Below are positions 51,777-62,891 of a stretch of DNA of 64,000 nt, piece by piece; position 1 is the stretch's first letter; every line of letters begins with the position of its first letter. Under the pieces are notes generated by a model. That model was not told where the DNA came from. It saw only the letters and a list, made by a program, of their open reading frames with translations, and did not search any database. The stretch is from Bacteroidales bacterium (GTDB lineage: Bacteria; Bacteroidota; Bacteroidia; Bacteroidales; UBA12077), in NCBI GenBank assembly GCA_027859205.1, contig JAQIBH010000090.1:87-64086 (forward strand), read 5' to 3'. The position numbers were made by a program, and so were the translations under genes.

Positions 51777-52952
51777 TTAATTAATACTTGCTAATACTTC
51801 TTCTTCTGTATCTGTATTCTCGATTTTATAATTTGTGTTTTCAAGGAATTCTGTTGTGATTTCTTTTAACGATGGTATATTATTGTGATGCCACTTACCT
51901 AATACTACACCTTTTTTTAGTAGAACTAATCCTGGATTTGATCTTACAATAGTTTTTAATGTGATTTCATCAGTTTTAAAAAACATATAAGGTGCTTGAG
52001 TGATTTTTTTAAATTGCTCAATTTCAGTTTCTAATGATGATGTTAAGCAAATAAAGTTGCCTTTTCCCGATTCAACAGCAAATTGCGCCAATTCGTTAAT
52101 AGCATCGATGTTTTTTATACTTGACTTATTTAAATTATATGCTATTAAAACAAAGGTAAATTTATTATCATTCAATACTATTTCTGTAATATCATTATCA
52201 TCTAAGGTAGATATTGTAAAATCATGAATTGGAGGTACATATCCTTCAGATATTAATTTGTTCTCAGTTGAAACCCATTCCCAAGTGGAATCAGGAAAGT
52301 TTTCAAGACTAAATTCTTTCTCAATTCCATCTTTTGTGTAAATAAGACTTGTCTCGTATTCTGCTCTCGGAGCATCATCGGGAATCTGCATTTTCTCTGG
52401 TATATATGTTCCAACATTATATGGTCTAAAATCAATTAAAGGAAGATTATTAAATGAATATACCAATAATAATAGACTAAAAAACAAAGGAATAGAAATT
52501 AAGACCCATTGTCTTTTAATAGTCCATAATATTTCGAATTTACCTATATTCAAAAACAGGATTACTGTAAAAATCATTAAGAAAATATTCTTAAAAAAAG
52601 TTTGCCAGTTTGTTAATATTAAAGCGTCACCAAAACATCCACAGTCTGTAACAGGGTTATATATTGCTAAAATAAATGTTAGTATAGTAAAGAAACTCAT
52701 AAATAGCATTAAGGCCCACACTGTAAGTCTTTTTCGAGTGGAAAATAATAAAGAGAAACCTATAACAAATTCCAAAGAACTAAGAATGATTGCTAATGGT
52801 AAAGCTAGAAATGAAAGGTAATCCATTCCGAATGCATCAAAATAATCAACAAATTTATACATAGAACCCAATGGGTCAATAGCTTTTACAAATCCTGAAA
52901 ATATAAATACAATTCCTACTAAAAATCGACTAATATTATTTAATGTTTTCAT
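51777..52952 (-). CDS. DoxX/MauE-like membrane protein (BT_3928 family)
   Basis: SGFVKAIDPLG, DCGCFGDA, DFRPY, RSNPG. Confidence 0.88.
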   Translation of the reverse strand: MKTLNNISRFLVGIVFIFSGFVKAIDPLGSMYKFVDYFDAFGMDYLSFLALPLAIILSSLEFVIGFSLLFSTRKRLTVWALMLFMSFFTILTFILAIYNPVTDCGCFGDALILTNWQTFFKNIFLMIFTVILFLNIGKFEILWTIKRQWVLISIPLFFSLLLLVYSFNNLPLIDFRPYNVGTYIPEKMQIPDDAPRAEYETSLIYTKDGIEKEFSLENFPDSTWEWVSTENKLISEGYVPPIHDFTISTLDDNDITEIVLNDNKFTFVLIAYNLNKSSIKNIDAINELAQFAVESGKGNFICLTSSLETEIEQFKKITQAPYMFFKTDEITLKTIVRSNPGLVLLKKGVVLGKWHHNNIPSLKEITTEFLENTNYKIENTDTEEEVLASIN

Positions 52953-52963
52953 TTTTATACTAA

Positions 52964-53650
52964 TTATAAGATGTTATTTGATTTGAGTAATTCAATGATA
53001 TTCGAAAAAATATCCTTGGCTTCGTCCATTTCACCTAGTTCATTGGTGCAATCAATAATTTTAAGATGTTGATCTTTTTTAACTTCATGTAAATATACAT
53101 TTCTTACTTTATCTTGAAAATCAATATCTTTTTCGTGAATATCTTCTTTACCATTTAAGTAATCTCTATCATCACCAGCTCTTTGATTTGTAAGATTTTT
53201 TCTGGTAAATTCCAACGGTACATTTAGAAAGATGTTTAATGAAGGTTTTGGGATTTTATAATAGTTATATTCTAAATCTTTAATCCAATCACTTAGTTTC
53301 TCAATTTTTTCTGGATTTTTTAATTTAGCACATTGAAAAGCAATGTTTGAATATACATATCTGTCAACTATAACCAGTTTTTCTTCCGCCAACCATTTTG
53401 TTATTTTATTCTTAGCATCGTTTCTGTCTCCAGCATAAATTAACGCAATTAAATATGGATTTACATTGTTTATATCGCCTAATTCTCCTCGTAAAAAACG
53501 AGCAACTAAATCACCAAAAATACGAGAATCAGTTCTGGGAAAATGAAGATATTCATAATTTATTTTGTTGTCTTTTAGATAGTTTCGCAACATTTTTAAT
53601 TGAGTTGATTTTCCTGACCCATCTAATCCTTCAATAACAATAAATTTCAT
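52964..53650 (-). CDS. tmk: Thymidylate kinase
   Basis: EGLDGSGKST P-loop, FP, DRY..SN. Confidence 0.94.
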   Translation of the reverse strand: MKFIVIEGLDGSGKSTQLKMLRNYLKDNKINYEYLHFPRTDSRIFGDLVARFLRGELGDINNVNPYLIALIYAGDRNDAKNKITKWLAEEKLVIVDRYVYSNIAFQCAKLKNPEKIEKLSDWIKDLEYNYYKIPKPSLNIFLNVPLEFTRKNLTNQRAGDDRDYLNGKEDIHEKDIDFQDKVRNVYLHEVKKDQHLKIIDCTNELGEMDEAKDIFSNIIELLKSNNIL

Positions 53651-53702
53651 ATATGTATATCAATTTTAGTACATTTGTGTTGTAATCATTAACATCTTAA
53701 AA

Positions 53703-54587
53703 ATGCAGCCTAAAGATACATTTTTTTCAAGAAAACTGGCCATCAATTGTGGAGGAGAATTACTAGATTTAAGCTTGCCTAAAATAATGGGAATATTAAA
53801 TATTACTCCTGACTCATTTTTCGATGGTGAAAGATATTCCACAAAAGAAAAAATGTTATTTCAAGTAAAAAAAATGATAAATGATGGTTGCGATATATTA
53901 GATATTGGAGCATATTCAACTCGTCCCGGTGCAAAGAGTATATCAGTAGAAGAAGAACTAAATCGTTTGTATCCGGCCTTAGAAACTATCAGAAACGAAT
54001 TCCCTGATATAATTGTTTCTGTTGATACATTTAGATTGGATGTTGCGAAAAAGCTTGTAAAAGATTTTAACGTGAATATGATAAATGATATTTCAGCAGG
54101 AGAATTTGATGACAAGATGTTTGAGACAATTGCAGAATTAAATGTACCATATATCATAATGCATATGATGGGAAGTCCAGAAAATATGCAAGATAATCCT
54201 AAATATAATAATGTAGTTAAGGAAGTAATAGATTACTTTCATGTGAAAGTTGAAAAATTGAAATTATTGGGAGTTAATGATTTAATAATTGATCCGGGAT
54301 TTGGGTTTGGCAAAACACTTGATCATAATTATCAATTGTTAAAATATTTGGACGATTTTAAAATTTTTGAATTGCCAGTTTTGGTTGGTTTATCCCGAAA
54401 ATCAATGATCAATAATTTGTTAGAAATATCTCCTGAAGAAGCTTTAAACGGAACCAGTGTTTTGAATACATTGGCAATTATTAATGGAGCAAATATCATC
54501 CGAGTTCATGACGTTAAAGAAGCGAATGAATCAATTAAGCTATACACTAAATTTATTAATGCTAAGGTTGATAATTGGCACGATTGA
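53703..54587 (+). CDS. folP: Dihydropteroate synthase
   Basis: ILNITPDSF, STRPG, DPGFGFGK, SRK, RVHDV; TACATTTG box at 53670. Confidence 0.97.
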   Translation: MQPKDTFFSRKLAINCGGELLDLSLPKIMGILNITPDSFFDGERYSTKEKMLFQVKKMINDGCDILDIGAYSTRPGAKSISVEEELNRLYPALETIRNEFPDIIVSVDTFRLDVAKKLVKDFNVNMINDISAGEFDDKMFETIAELNVPYIIMHMMGSPENMQDNPKYNNVVKEVIDYFHVKVEKLKLLGVNDLIIDPGFGFGKTLDHNYQLLKYLDDFKIFELPVLVGLSRKSMINNLLEISPEEALNGTSVLNTLAIINGANIIRVHDVKEANESIKLYTKFINAKVDNWHD

Positions 54588-54671
54588 TATTAATTTTATT
54601 ACATTTGTTAATAATGAGTACTTAATATGCCTGTCTGCAGGCAGAGTGCACTACATTTAGAAATTAGATAA

Positions 54672-55457
54672 ATGATTACAGCTTTTATAACAATCAGATT
54701 TTTGGATATACTGGATATCCTTCTTGTTGCTTTTTTATTGTATCAAATTTACAACCTTATTCGAGGAACTACAGCCATAAATATTTTTATAGGAATTTTC
54801 ACTTTATATTTATTGTGGCTTGTTGTGAAAGCTTTGAATATGAATTTGTTGAGTAGTATTTTAGGACAGGTTATTGGAGTTGGAGTAATTGCCTTAATTA
54901 TTGTATTTCAACAAGAAGTAAGGAGATTTCTATTGATAATGAGTACTCGATATATAACAAATAGAAAGTTCTACTTAGAGAAATTATTCTCGTTTGGTGA
55001 TAAAAAGGTAGTTGAAGTAAAAATTGATTCTTTAGTAAGTGCATGCTCAAATATGTCGGCATTTAAAACCGGTGCATTGATTGCAGTAAGCAAAAGATCT
55101 GATTTAATGAGTTTTATTCGTACTGGAGATATTATTAATGCAGATACTTCAAACAGACTTTTGGAAAGTATTTTCTTTAAGAATAGCCCTTTGCACGATG
55201 GTGCTGTAATAGTAATAAAGGATAAAATTGCAGCAGCACGTTGTGTGTTACCAGTAACAGATAGAATTGATTTACCTCCTCAATTTGGAATGCGTCATAG
55301 AGCTGCTCTTGGTATAACAGAAAAAACAGACGCCGTTGTTATTCTGGTTTCTGAAGAAACCGGTGCAATTTCTTTTGCCAAAGAGGAAAATATTGAAACG
55401 AATATTGGTCCAAATCGATTACGGCAAATTCTTGAAAAAGAGTTTTATGTAGACTAA
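54672..55457 (+). CDS. cdaA: Diadenylate cyclase (CdaA/DacA type)
   Basis: Three TM helices, FQQEVRR, PLHDGA, GMRHRAA, SEETG; TACATTTG box at 54600. Confidence 0.94.
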   Translation: MITAFITIRFLDILDILLVAFLLYQIYNLIRGTTAINIFIGIFTLYLLWLVVKALNMNLLSSILGQVIGVGVIALIIVFQQEVRRFLLIMSTRYITNRKFYLEKLFSFGDKKVVEVKIDSLVSACSNMSAFKTGALIAVSKRSDLMSFIRTGDIINADTSNRLLESIFFKNSPLHDGAVIVIKDKIAAARCVLPVTDRIDLPPQFGMRHRAALGITEKTDAVVILVSEETGAISFAKEENIETNIGPNRLRQILEKEFYVD

Positions 55458-55477
55458 ATAAATTAATAATTGTAGGT

Positions 55478-56317
55478 ATGAATATCAAAGAAATCCTGAA
55501 TTATACCTTTATTCAAACAGATCATCTTCACTTAACAGTTTATAATCTGTTAACAGCTGCATTTATTATTATAATAACAGAAATAATTATTTGGACTATT
55601 CATCGTATTTTTAAGAAAAAGATATACCCCAAACCGAATATTGATATTAGTAAAAGCCATACGATTTATCGATTGTTGAAATATTTTCTTTGGATTGCTG
55701 CTATCCTTTTTGTTTTGCAAACAATTGGTGTCAAAGTAACATTCCTATTAGCAGGATCGGCTGCATTACTAGTTGGGTTAGGATTAGGTTTGCAGGAAAT
55801 ATTCAGAGATATTGTATCGGGCCTAATTTTACTTTTCGAACGAAATATGAAAATAAATGATGTGGTTGAGGTAGAAAATGAAATAGGAAAAGTAAAAGAG
55901 GTTGGTTTTCGAACAACTAAGATTGAGACTCGGGATAACATTATTCATATAATTCCTAATTCTAAATTTATTACTCAAGAAGTTATTAACTGGAGTCACA
56001 TTGAAAAACTAACTCGTTTTTCGGTAGATATTGGAGTAGCGTATGGTTCAAATGTGAGATTAGTTGAAAAAGTACTACAGGACTGTGCAATTAATCATAA
56101 AAAAGTAGCAAAAAAACCCGAACCTTTTGTTCGTTTTAATGATTTTGGTGAATCAGCATTAGCATTTCAGATTTTCTTTTGGACAGATGAATCGTTTTAT
56201 GTAGAAAATATAAAAAGTGATTTAAGGTTTGAAATTGATAAGAAATTCAAGGAAAATAATATTAAAATTCCATTTCCTCAAAGGGATGTACACATTATAA
56301 CCGATAAGGAGAGCTAG
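55478..56317 (+). CDS. mscS: Small-conductance mechanosensitive channel
   Basis: GLGLGLQ, SGLILLFE, IPNS, GVAYGS, FGES, IPFPQR. Confidence 0.92.
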   Translation: MNIKEILNYTFIQTDHLHLTVYNLLTAAFIIIITEIIIWTIHRIFKKKIYPKPNIDISKSHTIYRLLKYFLWIAAILFVLQTIGVKVTFLLAGSAALLVGLGLGLQEIFRDIVSGLILLFERNMKINDVVEVENEIGKVKEVGFRTTKIETRDNIIHIIPNSKFITQEVINWSHIEKLTRFSVDIGVAYGSNVRLVEKVLQDCAINHKKVAKKPEPFVRFNDFGESALAFQIFFWTDESFYVENIKSDLRFEIDKKFKENNIKIPFPQRDVHIITDKES

Positions 56318-56976
56318 ATTACTTCCTTTACTTGTTTGTTTTTCTTTTTAAGCTTTGGCAGATTGGCTTTTTTCTCTTCTTTGCGAACCAACCTTTCAAT
56401 ATTTTTTTGATGAGTGAATAACATCAACACAGCCATAATTAAAGAAAATATAACTAATGTAGGTGTAGTTTCCTTGAAAATTACAATGATTAATACCGGA
56501 AATGAAAATCCGGAAATCATTGAACTTAAAGAAACATATCTTGTGAGAATTAATGTTATAAAGAAAACTCCAGCCATTATTAACGAAGGGTAGAAACTAA
56601 TTGCACATATTACACCAAATAAAGTAGCAACACCTTTTCCTCCTTTAAATCCAACATAAACAGGAAAAATATGACCTAACATAGCCGCAATTCCTAATAG
56701 CAATTGAATATTAATAAAATCACCACTGTGTGGAATGTAATATTTTGTAAAATAAATAAGGTTTACTGCTAAGAATCCTTTTAATATATCAACTACAAAA
56801 ACAACCATTCCTGCTTTTATACCTAAAACCCTAAAAGTATTTGTTGCACCTGCATTTCCGCTTCCATATTCTCTTATATCAATATTGAAAAAAGCTCGGC
56901 TAATCCAAACAGATGTTGGAATTGATCCTATCAGGTAAGCAACAATTGTAATAATAATGTTTACTACAACATGCAT
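56314..56976 (-). CDS. plsY: Glycerol-3-phosphate acyltransferase
   Basis: GSIP, GSGNAGATN, GHIFP, FKGGKGVAT, HQKNIERL. Confidence 0.96.
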   Translation of the reverse strand: MHVVVNIIITIVAYLIGSIPTSVWISRAFFNIDIREYGSGNAGATNTFRVLGIKAGMVVFVVDILKGFLAVNLIYFTKYYIPHSGDFINIQLLLGIAAMLGHIFPVYVGFKGGKGVATLFGVICAISFYPSLIMAGVFFITLILTRYVSLSSMISGFSFPVLIIVIFKETTPTLVIFSLIMAVLMLFTHQKNIERLVRKEEKKANLPKLKKKNKQVKEVI

Positions 56977-57066
56977 ATATCTAAATTTTTAAAGACACGC
57001 TAAATAACAAATTATTTATTAAGCATCAAAGTTTATGAACGTGTGTCAATTTTGAATAAAATTAAA

Positions 57067-57098
57067 AACCTTCTTTAGTTTTTAAAATAAAGAAGGTT
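57067..57098 (-). terminator. Terminator after pckA
   Basis: AACCTTCTTTA-N10-TAAAGAAGGTT. Confidence 0.65.
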
Positions 57099-57156
57099 AG
57101 AGTTTATTATTTTTATATAAAAAAATCCGTATTTATAATTATTTTAAATAATTTGA

Positions 57157-58818
57157 TTATTTTCCTGGGCACTGATTTCTTACATTTTCATCAATGTTTT
57201 TTTCTCCATAAGCTTTATCAAAGGCATCACTGAATTTATTAGCTAATCTAGTTGCAGATAAATCAAAATCTTCTTTTTCAATCCACATATTTACTGGATT
57301 TAATATTTTATTTGGAATTCCAGGACATGTTTTCGGTATGTTTAAATGAAACAAGTCATCGTAAATATATTCAACATTTTCCAGTTCGCCGCTTAAAGCT
57401 GCATTTACCATTGCTCTTGTAAGTTTAAGATCGATTCTTTTACCAACTCCATAAATACCACCAAACCAACCAGTATTTACAAGATAAACTTTTGTATCGA
57501 ATTGCTTCATTTTTTCACCTAACATTGATGAATAAAATTCTGGATTTAAAGGCATGAATGGTTGTCCGAAAAAACGAGAGAAGGTAGCTTGAGGTTCAGT
57601 AATACCTGTTTCTGTTCCCGCAAGTTTACTTGTGTAACCCATTAAAAACCAAAGTTTGGCTTGATCAGGATTCAATTTTGAAATTGGGGGTAATACGCCA
57701 GAAGCATCAGCTGTTAAAAACAATATTGTAGATGGATGACCAGAGATAGAAGATTCTTTAATATTTTTAAGAAATTTTAAAGGGTATGAAGCCCTCGAGT
57801 TTTCTGTAATTCTATTGTCACTGAAATCAAATTCACCGTTTGGATAAACCATTGCATTTTCAATAATAGCTCCATGATTTAACGGATCATCTTTATGCAG
57901 AATGGCATCATAAATTTCAGGTTCTTTATCTGGGTTTATATCAATCATTTTAGCATAACATCCGTTTTCAAAGTTAGCTATACCATCCGCGCTCCAACCG
58001 TGTTCGTCATCACCTATCAGCAACCTGTCGGGAGCAGCAGAGAGCGTCGTTTTTCCCGTTCCGGATAAACCAAGTAATAAAGCAGAATTTCCGTCCTTAT
58101 CTTCATTTGCTGAACAATGTAAAGGTAATACTCCTCCAAACGGAAGATAATAATTCATCACAGTAAACATCAGTTTTTTAACACTTCCCAAATAAGCGGA
58201 ACCAACTATAACACCCAACCTTCGATCTAAATCCATTATTACGGCAATATCGGAAGTATCTCCGTTTGGTAATATTCTTAATAAGCTTTTGTATTTTATG
58301 CTGTTAAGTTTATCAAAAGGAACTGTTAGTAATTGAAACCCACGTTCTACAAATACACTTTTTTTAATATCGTTAGGAACAGGCCTAAACATATTATCAG
58401 TAAATAATGCTGTTAATGCTTGACTAGTTATGGTCCTTACTGGTAATGCGTATTTCGAATCAGCACCAATTACTCTATCTGTAATATATATATTATCTTT
58501 TTTAACCAGAAGATCTAAGGCATCTGAAAATATCATATTAAAAATATCTTCTTTAATAGGTATATTATTAGGAGATGTCCAATCTATATTTTTTTCACTT
58601 GAAGCTCTTTTAACAATATATGTGTCTTTTGGTCTACGACCTGTTGATTCGGGTTCTGCCCATGTTGCTAATGCTCCTTGTTTCGAAGGCATTGCTTCTT
58701 TATTGTCTAAAACATGCTTTATTAATTTTTTTCTTTCAAGATTAACAAGCACATTATTGTGTCCTTCGATAATGTCAATGATTGATTTGTTAAAGGAAGA
58801 TTCAAGATTCTTGTCCAT
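57157..58818 (-). CDS. pckA: Phosphoenolpyruvate carboxykinase (ATP)
   Basis: TGRRPKD, LHCSAN, GLSGTGKTTLS, IGDDEHGW, GCYAK, TENSRASYP. Confidence 0.93.
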   Translation of the reverse strand: MDKNLESSFNKSIIDIIEGHNNVLVNLERKKLIKHVLDNKEAMPSKQGALATWAEPESTGRRPKDTYIVKRASSEKNIDWTSPNNIPIKEDIFNMIFSDALDLLVKKDNIYITDRVIGADSKYALPVRTITSQALTALFTDNMFRPVPNDIKKSVFVERGFQLLTVPFDKLNSIKYKSLLRILPNGDTSDIAVIMDLDRRLGVIVGSAYLGSVKKLMFTVMNYYLPFGGVLPLHCSANEDKDGNSALLLGLSGTGKTTLSAAPDRLLIGDDEHGWSADGIANFENGCYAKMIDINPDKEPEIYDAILHKDDPLNHGAIIENAMVYPNGEFDFSDNRITENSRASYPLKFLKNIKESSISGHPSTILFLTADASGVLPPISKLNPDQAKLWFLMGYTSKLAGTETGITEPQATFSRFFGQPFMPLNPEFYSSMLGEKMKQFDTKVYLVNTGWFGGIYGVGKRIDLKLTRAMVNAALSGELENVEYIYDDLFHLNIPKTCPGIPNKILNPVNMWIEKEDFDLSATRLANKFSDAFDKAYGEKNIDENVRNQCPGK

Positions 58819-58914
58819 AATTCAGTAAAATATCTACATTTAAAGTAAACCCCAAATTTATAAAAAATATTCACAATTAAAGTATACCTTTTGTCTTATA
58901 ATTGCCTTAAATAC

Positions 58915-58950
58915 ATAAAAAAAGCCATCATTATTGATGGCTTTTTTTAT
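58915..58950 (-). terminator. Terminator after ppdK
   Basis: ATAAAAAAAGCCATCA-TTAT-TGATGGCTTTTTTTAT. Confidence 0.88.
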
Positions 58951-58962
58951 AAAATAATTATT

Positions 58963-61680
58963 TTATCTTAAAGCAGCTTGTGCTGCAGCTAATCTGGCAA
59001 TTGGTACTCTAAATGGAGAACAAGATACATAATCCATTCCGGTTCTGTGACAAAATTCAACTGAAGTTGGTTCACCACCGTGTTCACCACAAATTCCTAC
59101 TTTTAATTCTGGTTTTACTGATCTGCCTTTTTGAGTTGCCATTTCAACTAATTGACCAACACCTGTTTGATCTAATTGTTGGAATGGATCATTCTTTAAG
59201 ATACCTTTATTAATATATATTGGTAAGAACTTACCAGCATCATCACGTGAGTATCCGAAAGTCATCTGAGTTAGGTCGTTAGTTCCGAATGAAAAGAATT
59301 CTGCATGTTTAGCAATTTCGTTTGCAGTAAGTGCAGCACGTGGAATTTCAATCATAGTGCCAACCATAAAATCAACCTTAACGCCTTTTTCTTCTTGAAC
59401 TTCAGCAGCTACACGACGAATAATTTCTTCCTGCATTAGATATTCTTCAACAGTTCCAATAAGAGGAACCATAATTTCTGGCTTTGGATTAAGACCTTTA
59501 GCTTTTAAATCACAAGTAGCTTCTATAATAGCACGTGCTTGCATTTCTGTAATCTCAGGATAAGTATTTCCTAAACGACAACCACGATGACCAAGCATTG
59601 GGTTAAATTCGTGAAGCGAATCAACCTTAGCTTTAACCACCTCAATGGAAATGCCTAATTTTGCAGCCATTTCAGCTTGAGATGTTGTATCGTTTGGAGT
59701 AAACTCGTGTAATGGCGGATCCAGTAATCGAATAGTAACACCAAATCCGTCCATAGCTTCTAAAATTCCTGTGAAATCTTCTCGTTGAATAGGTAATAAT
59801 TTAGCAAGTGCATTCTTGCGACCTTCAAGATTTTCGGCAAGAATCATTTCACGGATAGCCCAAATACGTTCACCTTCGAAGAACATGTGTTCTGTACGAC
59901 ATAGACCAATTCCTTTAGCACCAAATTCACGCGCGGTTTTCGCGTCTGAGGGAGAATCAGCATTTGTTCTTACATACATCTTGGTATTTTTCTCAGCAAG
60001 ATCCATCATTTTACCAAAATCGCCATCTAACGTTGGAGTGATCGTAGCAACCTTACCTTCATAAACAACACCTGTAGAACCATCAAGAGAGATATAATCA
60101 CCTTTTTTAAAAGCTATTCCATTAATTGTTAAAGATGTGTTTGAAACAGTAATTCCAGCGGCAGAAGAGATACAACATTTACCCATTCCGCGAGCAACAA
60201 CCGCTGCGTGAGAAGTCATACCTCCCCGCTCAGTAAGAATACCTGCAGCAGCATACATTCCTTTTAAATCTTCAGGAGAAGTCTCGCGACGTACAAGAAT
60301 TACTTTTTCACCTTTTTCAGCTTCAATTTCAGCGTCATCAGCAGAGAAAACAATTATACCTGTTGCAGCTCCTGGAGAAGCAGGAAGACCTTTAGAAAGT
60401 ACTTTTGCATTTGCTATAGCTGAAGCTTCAAATACAGGATGAAGAAGTTCGTCTAATTTGTTTGGCTCTTGACGCAAAATAGCAGTTTTTTCGTCGATCA
60501 AACCTTGTTTTAACATGTCTACTGCCATTTTAACCATTGCTGCACCAGTTCGTTTACCATTACGAGTTTGTAACATCCAAAGTTTACCATCTTGAATAGT
60601 AAACTCCATATCTTGCATATCACTATAATGATCTTCTAGTTTCTGTTGAACATTATTAAGTTCATTATAAATTGTAGGCATTGATTCTTCTAATGAAGCG
60701 AAATCTTTCACACGAACTTCTTCTGAAGTACCATTTCTTTCAGCCCAACGTAGAGAACCAATTTTAGTTATTTCTAAAGGAGTACGAACACCAGAAACAA
60801 CATCTTCACCTTGAGCATTGATTAAGTACTCTCCGTTAAATTGATCTTCGCCAGTAGCAGCATCACGAGAGAAAGCAACTCCTGTTCCAGAATTATCCCC
60901 CATATTACCATATACCATAGCTTGTACGTTTACAGCGGTTCCCCACTCATCTGGAATTTGCTCCATACGACGGTAAAGGATTGCTCTTTCAGTATTCCAG
61001 GAATCGAATACGGCACAAACAGAACCCCATAATTGATCCCATGGATTTGTTGGGAAATCTTCACCGGCTTTGGCTTTAACAACAGCTTTAAAGTCTTCTA
61101 CTACAGCTTTTAAATCTTCTACTGTCATTTCAGTATCAGTGGAGTAATTATTATCTTTTTTTACTTTATCAAGAACTTGTTCGAAAGGACAGTGTTCACC
61201 ATTTTCAGCTTCAACACCCATAACAACGTCGCCATACATTTGAATGAAACGACGATATGAATCGTAAGCAAATTTTTCGTTTCCAGATTTCTCAGCAATA
61301 ACTTTTACGGTTTCATCATTCATACCTAAGTTAAGAACAGTATTCATCATACCTGGCATAGAAGCTCGAGCACCAGAACGTACAGATACTAAAAGAGGGA
61401 ATTCTTCGCCCTTTGCGCCAAATTTAGCATTCATTGTTTTTTCTGTGGTAGCAATACCTACTTCTACCTCAGCTTTCATTAATTCAACAACAGCATCTTT
61501 TCCTTTTTGATTATATTCTGTACATACTTCAGTAGTAATTGTAAATCCTGCTGGAACAGGCACTCCAATAAGGTTCATCTCAGCAAGATTAGCTCCTTTT
61601 CCTCCTAAAAGGTTTTTCATTGAAGCGTTTCCTTCTGCTTTTTTATCTCCAAAAGTATAAACTCTTTTTAAGTTCGACAT
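58963..61680 (-). CDS. ppdK: Pyruvate, phosphate dikinase
   Basis: GGKGANL, SVRSGARASMPGM, GGMTSHAAVVARG, GTNDLTQ, CGEHGG; TATCTTTG box at 61747-61754. Confidence 0.98.
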   Translation of the reverse strand: MSNLKRVYTFGDKKAEGNASMKNLLGGKGANLAEMNLIGVPVPAGFTITTEVCTEYNQKGKDAVVELMKAEVEVGIATTEKTMNAKFGAKGEEFPLLVSVRSGARASMPGMMNTVLNLGMNDETVKVIAEKSGNEKFAYDSYRRFIQMYGDVVMGVEAENGEHCPFEQVLDKVKKDNNYSTDTEMTVEDLKAVVEDFKAVVKAKAGEDFPTNPWDQLWGSVCAVFDSWNTERAILYRRMEQIPDEWGTAVNVQAMVYGNMGDNSGTGVAFSRDAATGEDQFNGEYLINAQGEDVVSGVRTPLEITKIGSLRWAERNGTSEEVRVKDFASLEESMPTIYNELNNVQQKLEDHYSDMQDMEFTIQDGKLWMLQTRNGKRTGAAMVKMAVDMLKQGLIDEKTAILRQEPNKLDELLHPVFEASAIANAKVLSKGLPASPGAATGIIVFSADDAEIEAEKGEKVILVRRETSPEDLKGMYAAAGILTERGGMTSHAAVVARGMGKCCISSAAGITVSNTSLTINGIAFKKGDYISLDGSTGVVYEGKVATITPTLDGDFGKMMDLAEKNTKMYVRTNADSPSDAKTAREFGAKGIGLCRTEHMFFEGERIWAIREMILAENLEGRKNALAKLLPIQREDFTGILEAMDGFGVTIRLLDPPLHEFTPNDTTSQAEMAAKLGISIEVVKAKVDSLHEFNPMLGHRGCRLGNTYPEITEMQARAIIEATCDLKAKGLNPKPEIMVPLIGTVEEYLMQEEIIRRVAAEVQEEKGVKVDFMVGTMIEIPRAALTANEIAKHAEFFSFGTNDLTQMTFGYSRDDAGKFLPIYINKGILKNDPFQQLDQTGVGQLVEMATQKGRSVKPELKVGICGEHGGEPTSVEFCHRTGMDYVSCSPFRVPIARLAAAQAALR

Positions 61681-61991
61681 TTTCTATATGTTTAAGATTT
61701 ATAAATAATTGACTATGATTGCTTTAACAAAAATGTTAGATGAATACAAAGATATTTAAAAAATTACAAATTCTGAACCTGTTATCAATTATTTTAATAA
61801 TTATGTTTTGTAATTTATAAATCTAAAAATTGGATAATTAAATTGTCATATTATATTAACCTTTTTGGAAGCATAAAGGAAGAAAAATAGTTCAAGAGCG
61901 AATGTTCAACGTTAAGTGTTGCCTCTATTGTTAAAATTATTTTATTTGAGCAAATAATTATTCATTTTTAATTACTAATTGTTAATTGAAT

Positions 61992-62891
61992 TTATGATCT
62001 GGGATGGAATTGAATTATTGCATCACGTAAATATTCACGATCGAGGTGTGTGTAAATTTCTGTAGTTATTATTGATTCATGACCAAGCATTTCTTGAACT
62101 GCACGTAAATCTGCACCTCCATCAATTAAATGTGAAGCAAAAGAATGCCGAAAGGTATGAGGACTTATGTTTTTATGAATTTCTGCCTGCACGGCAAGGT
62201 TTTTAACAATTGTAAAAATCATTACCCGCGATAATTGTTTGCCTCTGCGATTTAAGAAAACAATATTTTGACTTTCCTTATCAATATTCGGCAATAAATT
62301 TCTATCCTCAAAATAGTACCGGATTTCTTTCATTGCTTTTTGACTTATTGGTACAAGACGTTCCTTATCTCCTTTACCTACAACGCGAATAAAGCCATCG
62401 TTAAAGTAAATATTTGAGATTTTAAGATTTATTAATTCAGAAACTCGAAGACCACAACTGTAAAGTGTTTCAATAATTGCTTTGTTTCGTTGTCCTTCGG
62501 CTTGACTTAAATCTATTGCTGCTATAATCATATCAACCTCTGCAATAGAAAGAAATTCTGGAAGCTTACGTCCAATACGTGGCGATTCCAATAAACTACT
62601 GGGATTAGTTTCTATTTTATCCTCAAGAATTAGAAATTTAAAGAAAGCCTTTAATCCTGATATTATTCTTGCTTGTGATCTTGCATTTAAACCAAACTCG
62701 TTTATCCACTCAATAAAATCTTTTAAATTTTCAAATTTAATATTGATGGGGGAAATTTGAATATCTTTTATTTCAAGAAAAGTAACTAGTTTACGAATAT
62801 CGGTTTCGTATGCTGTTATGGAATTGTTTGATAAAGACTTTTCGAGCTTTAAAAAATTTCTAAATTGAATTATGCTATCTTCCCAGTCCAT
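61992..62891 (-). CDS. xerD: Site-specific tyrosine recombinase XerD
   Basis: GLRVSEL, GKGDKER, HTFRHSFASH, LGH, TTEIYTH, FHPR end. Confidence 0.93.
   Translation of the reverse strand: MDWEDSIIQFRNFLKLEKSLSNNSITAYETDIRKLVTFLEIKDIQISPINIKFENLKDFIEWINEFGLNARSQARIISGLKAFFKFLILEDKIETNPSSLLESPRIGRKLPEFLSIAEVDMIIAAIDLSQAEGQRNKAIIETLYSCGLRVSELINLKISNIYFNDGFIRVVGKGDKERLVPISQKAMKEIRYYFEDRNLLPNIDKESQNIVFLNRRGKQLSRVMIFTIVKNLAVQAEIHKNISPHTFRHSFASHLIDGGADLRAVQEMLGHESIITTEIYTHLDREYLRDAIIQFHPRS

Noticed and set aside
488-61032. Many 60-130 aa ORFs overlapping larger genes (e.g. 1364-1681, 18140-18505, 34726-35055, 58430-58828)
   Set aside because: They are antisense or alternate-frame shadows of well-supported genes and carry no motifs
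61992-62891. Phage or island integrase
   Set aside because: Typical chromosomal XerD length and motifs, housekeeping neighbours, no att/tRNA or cargo
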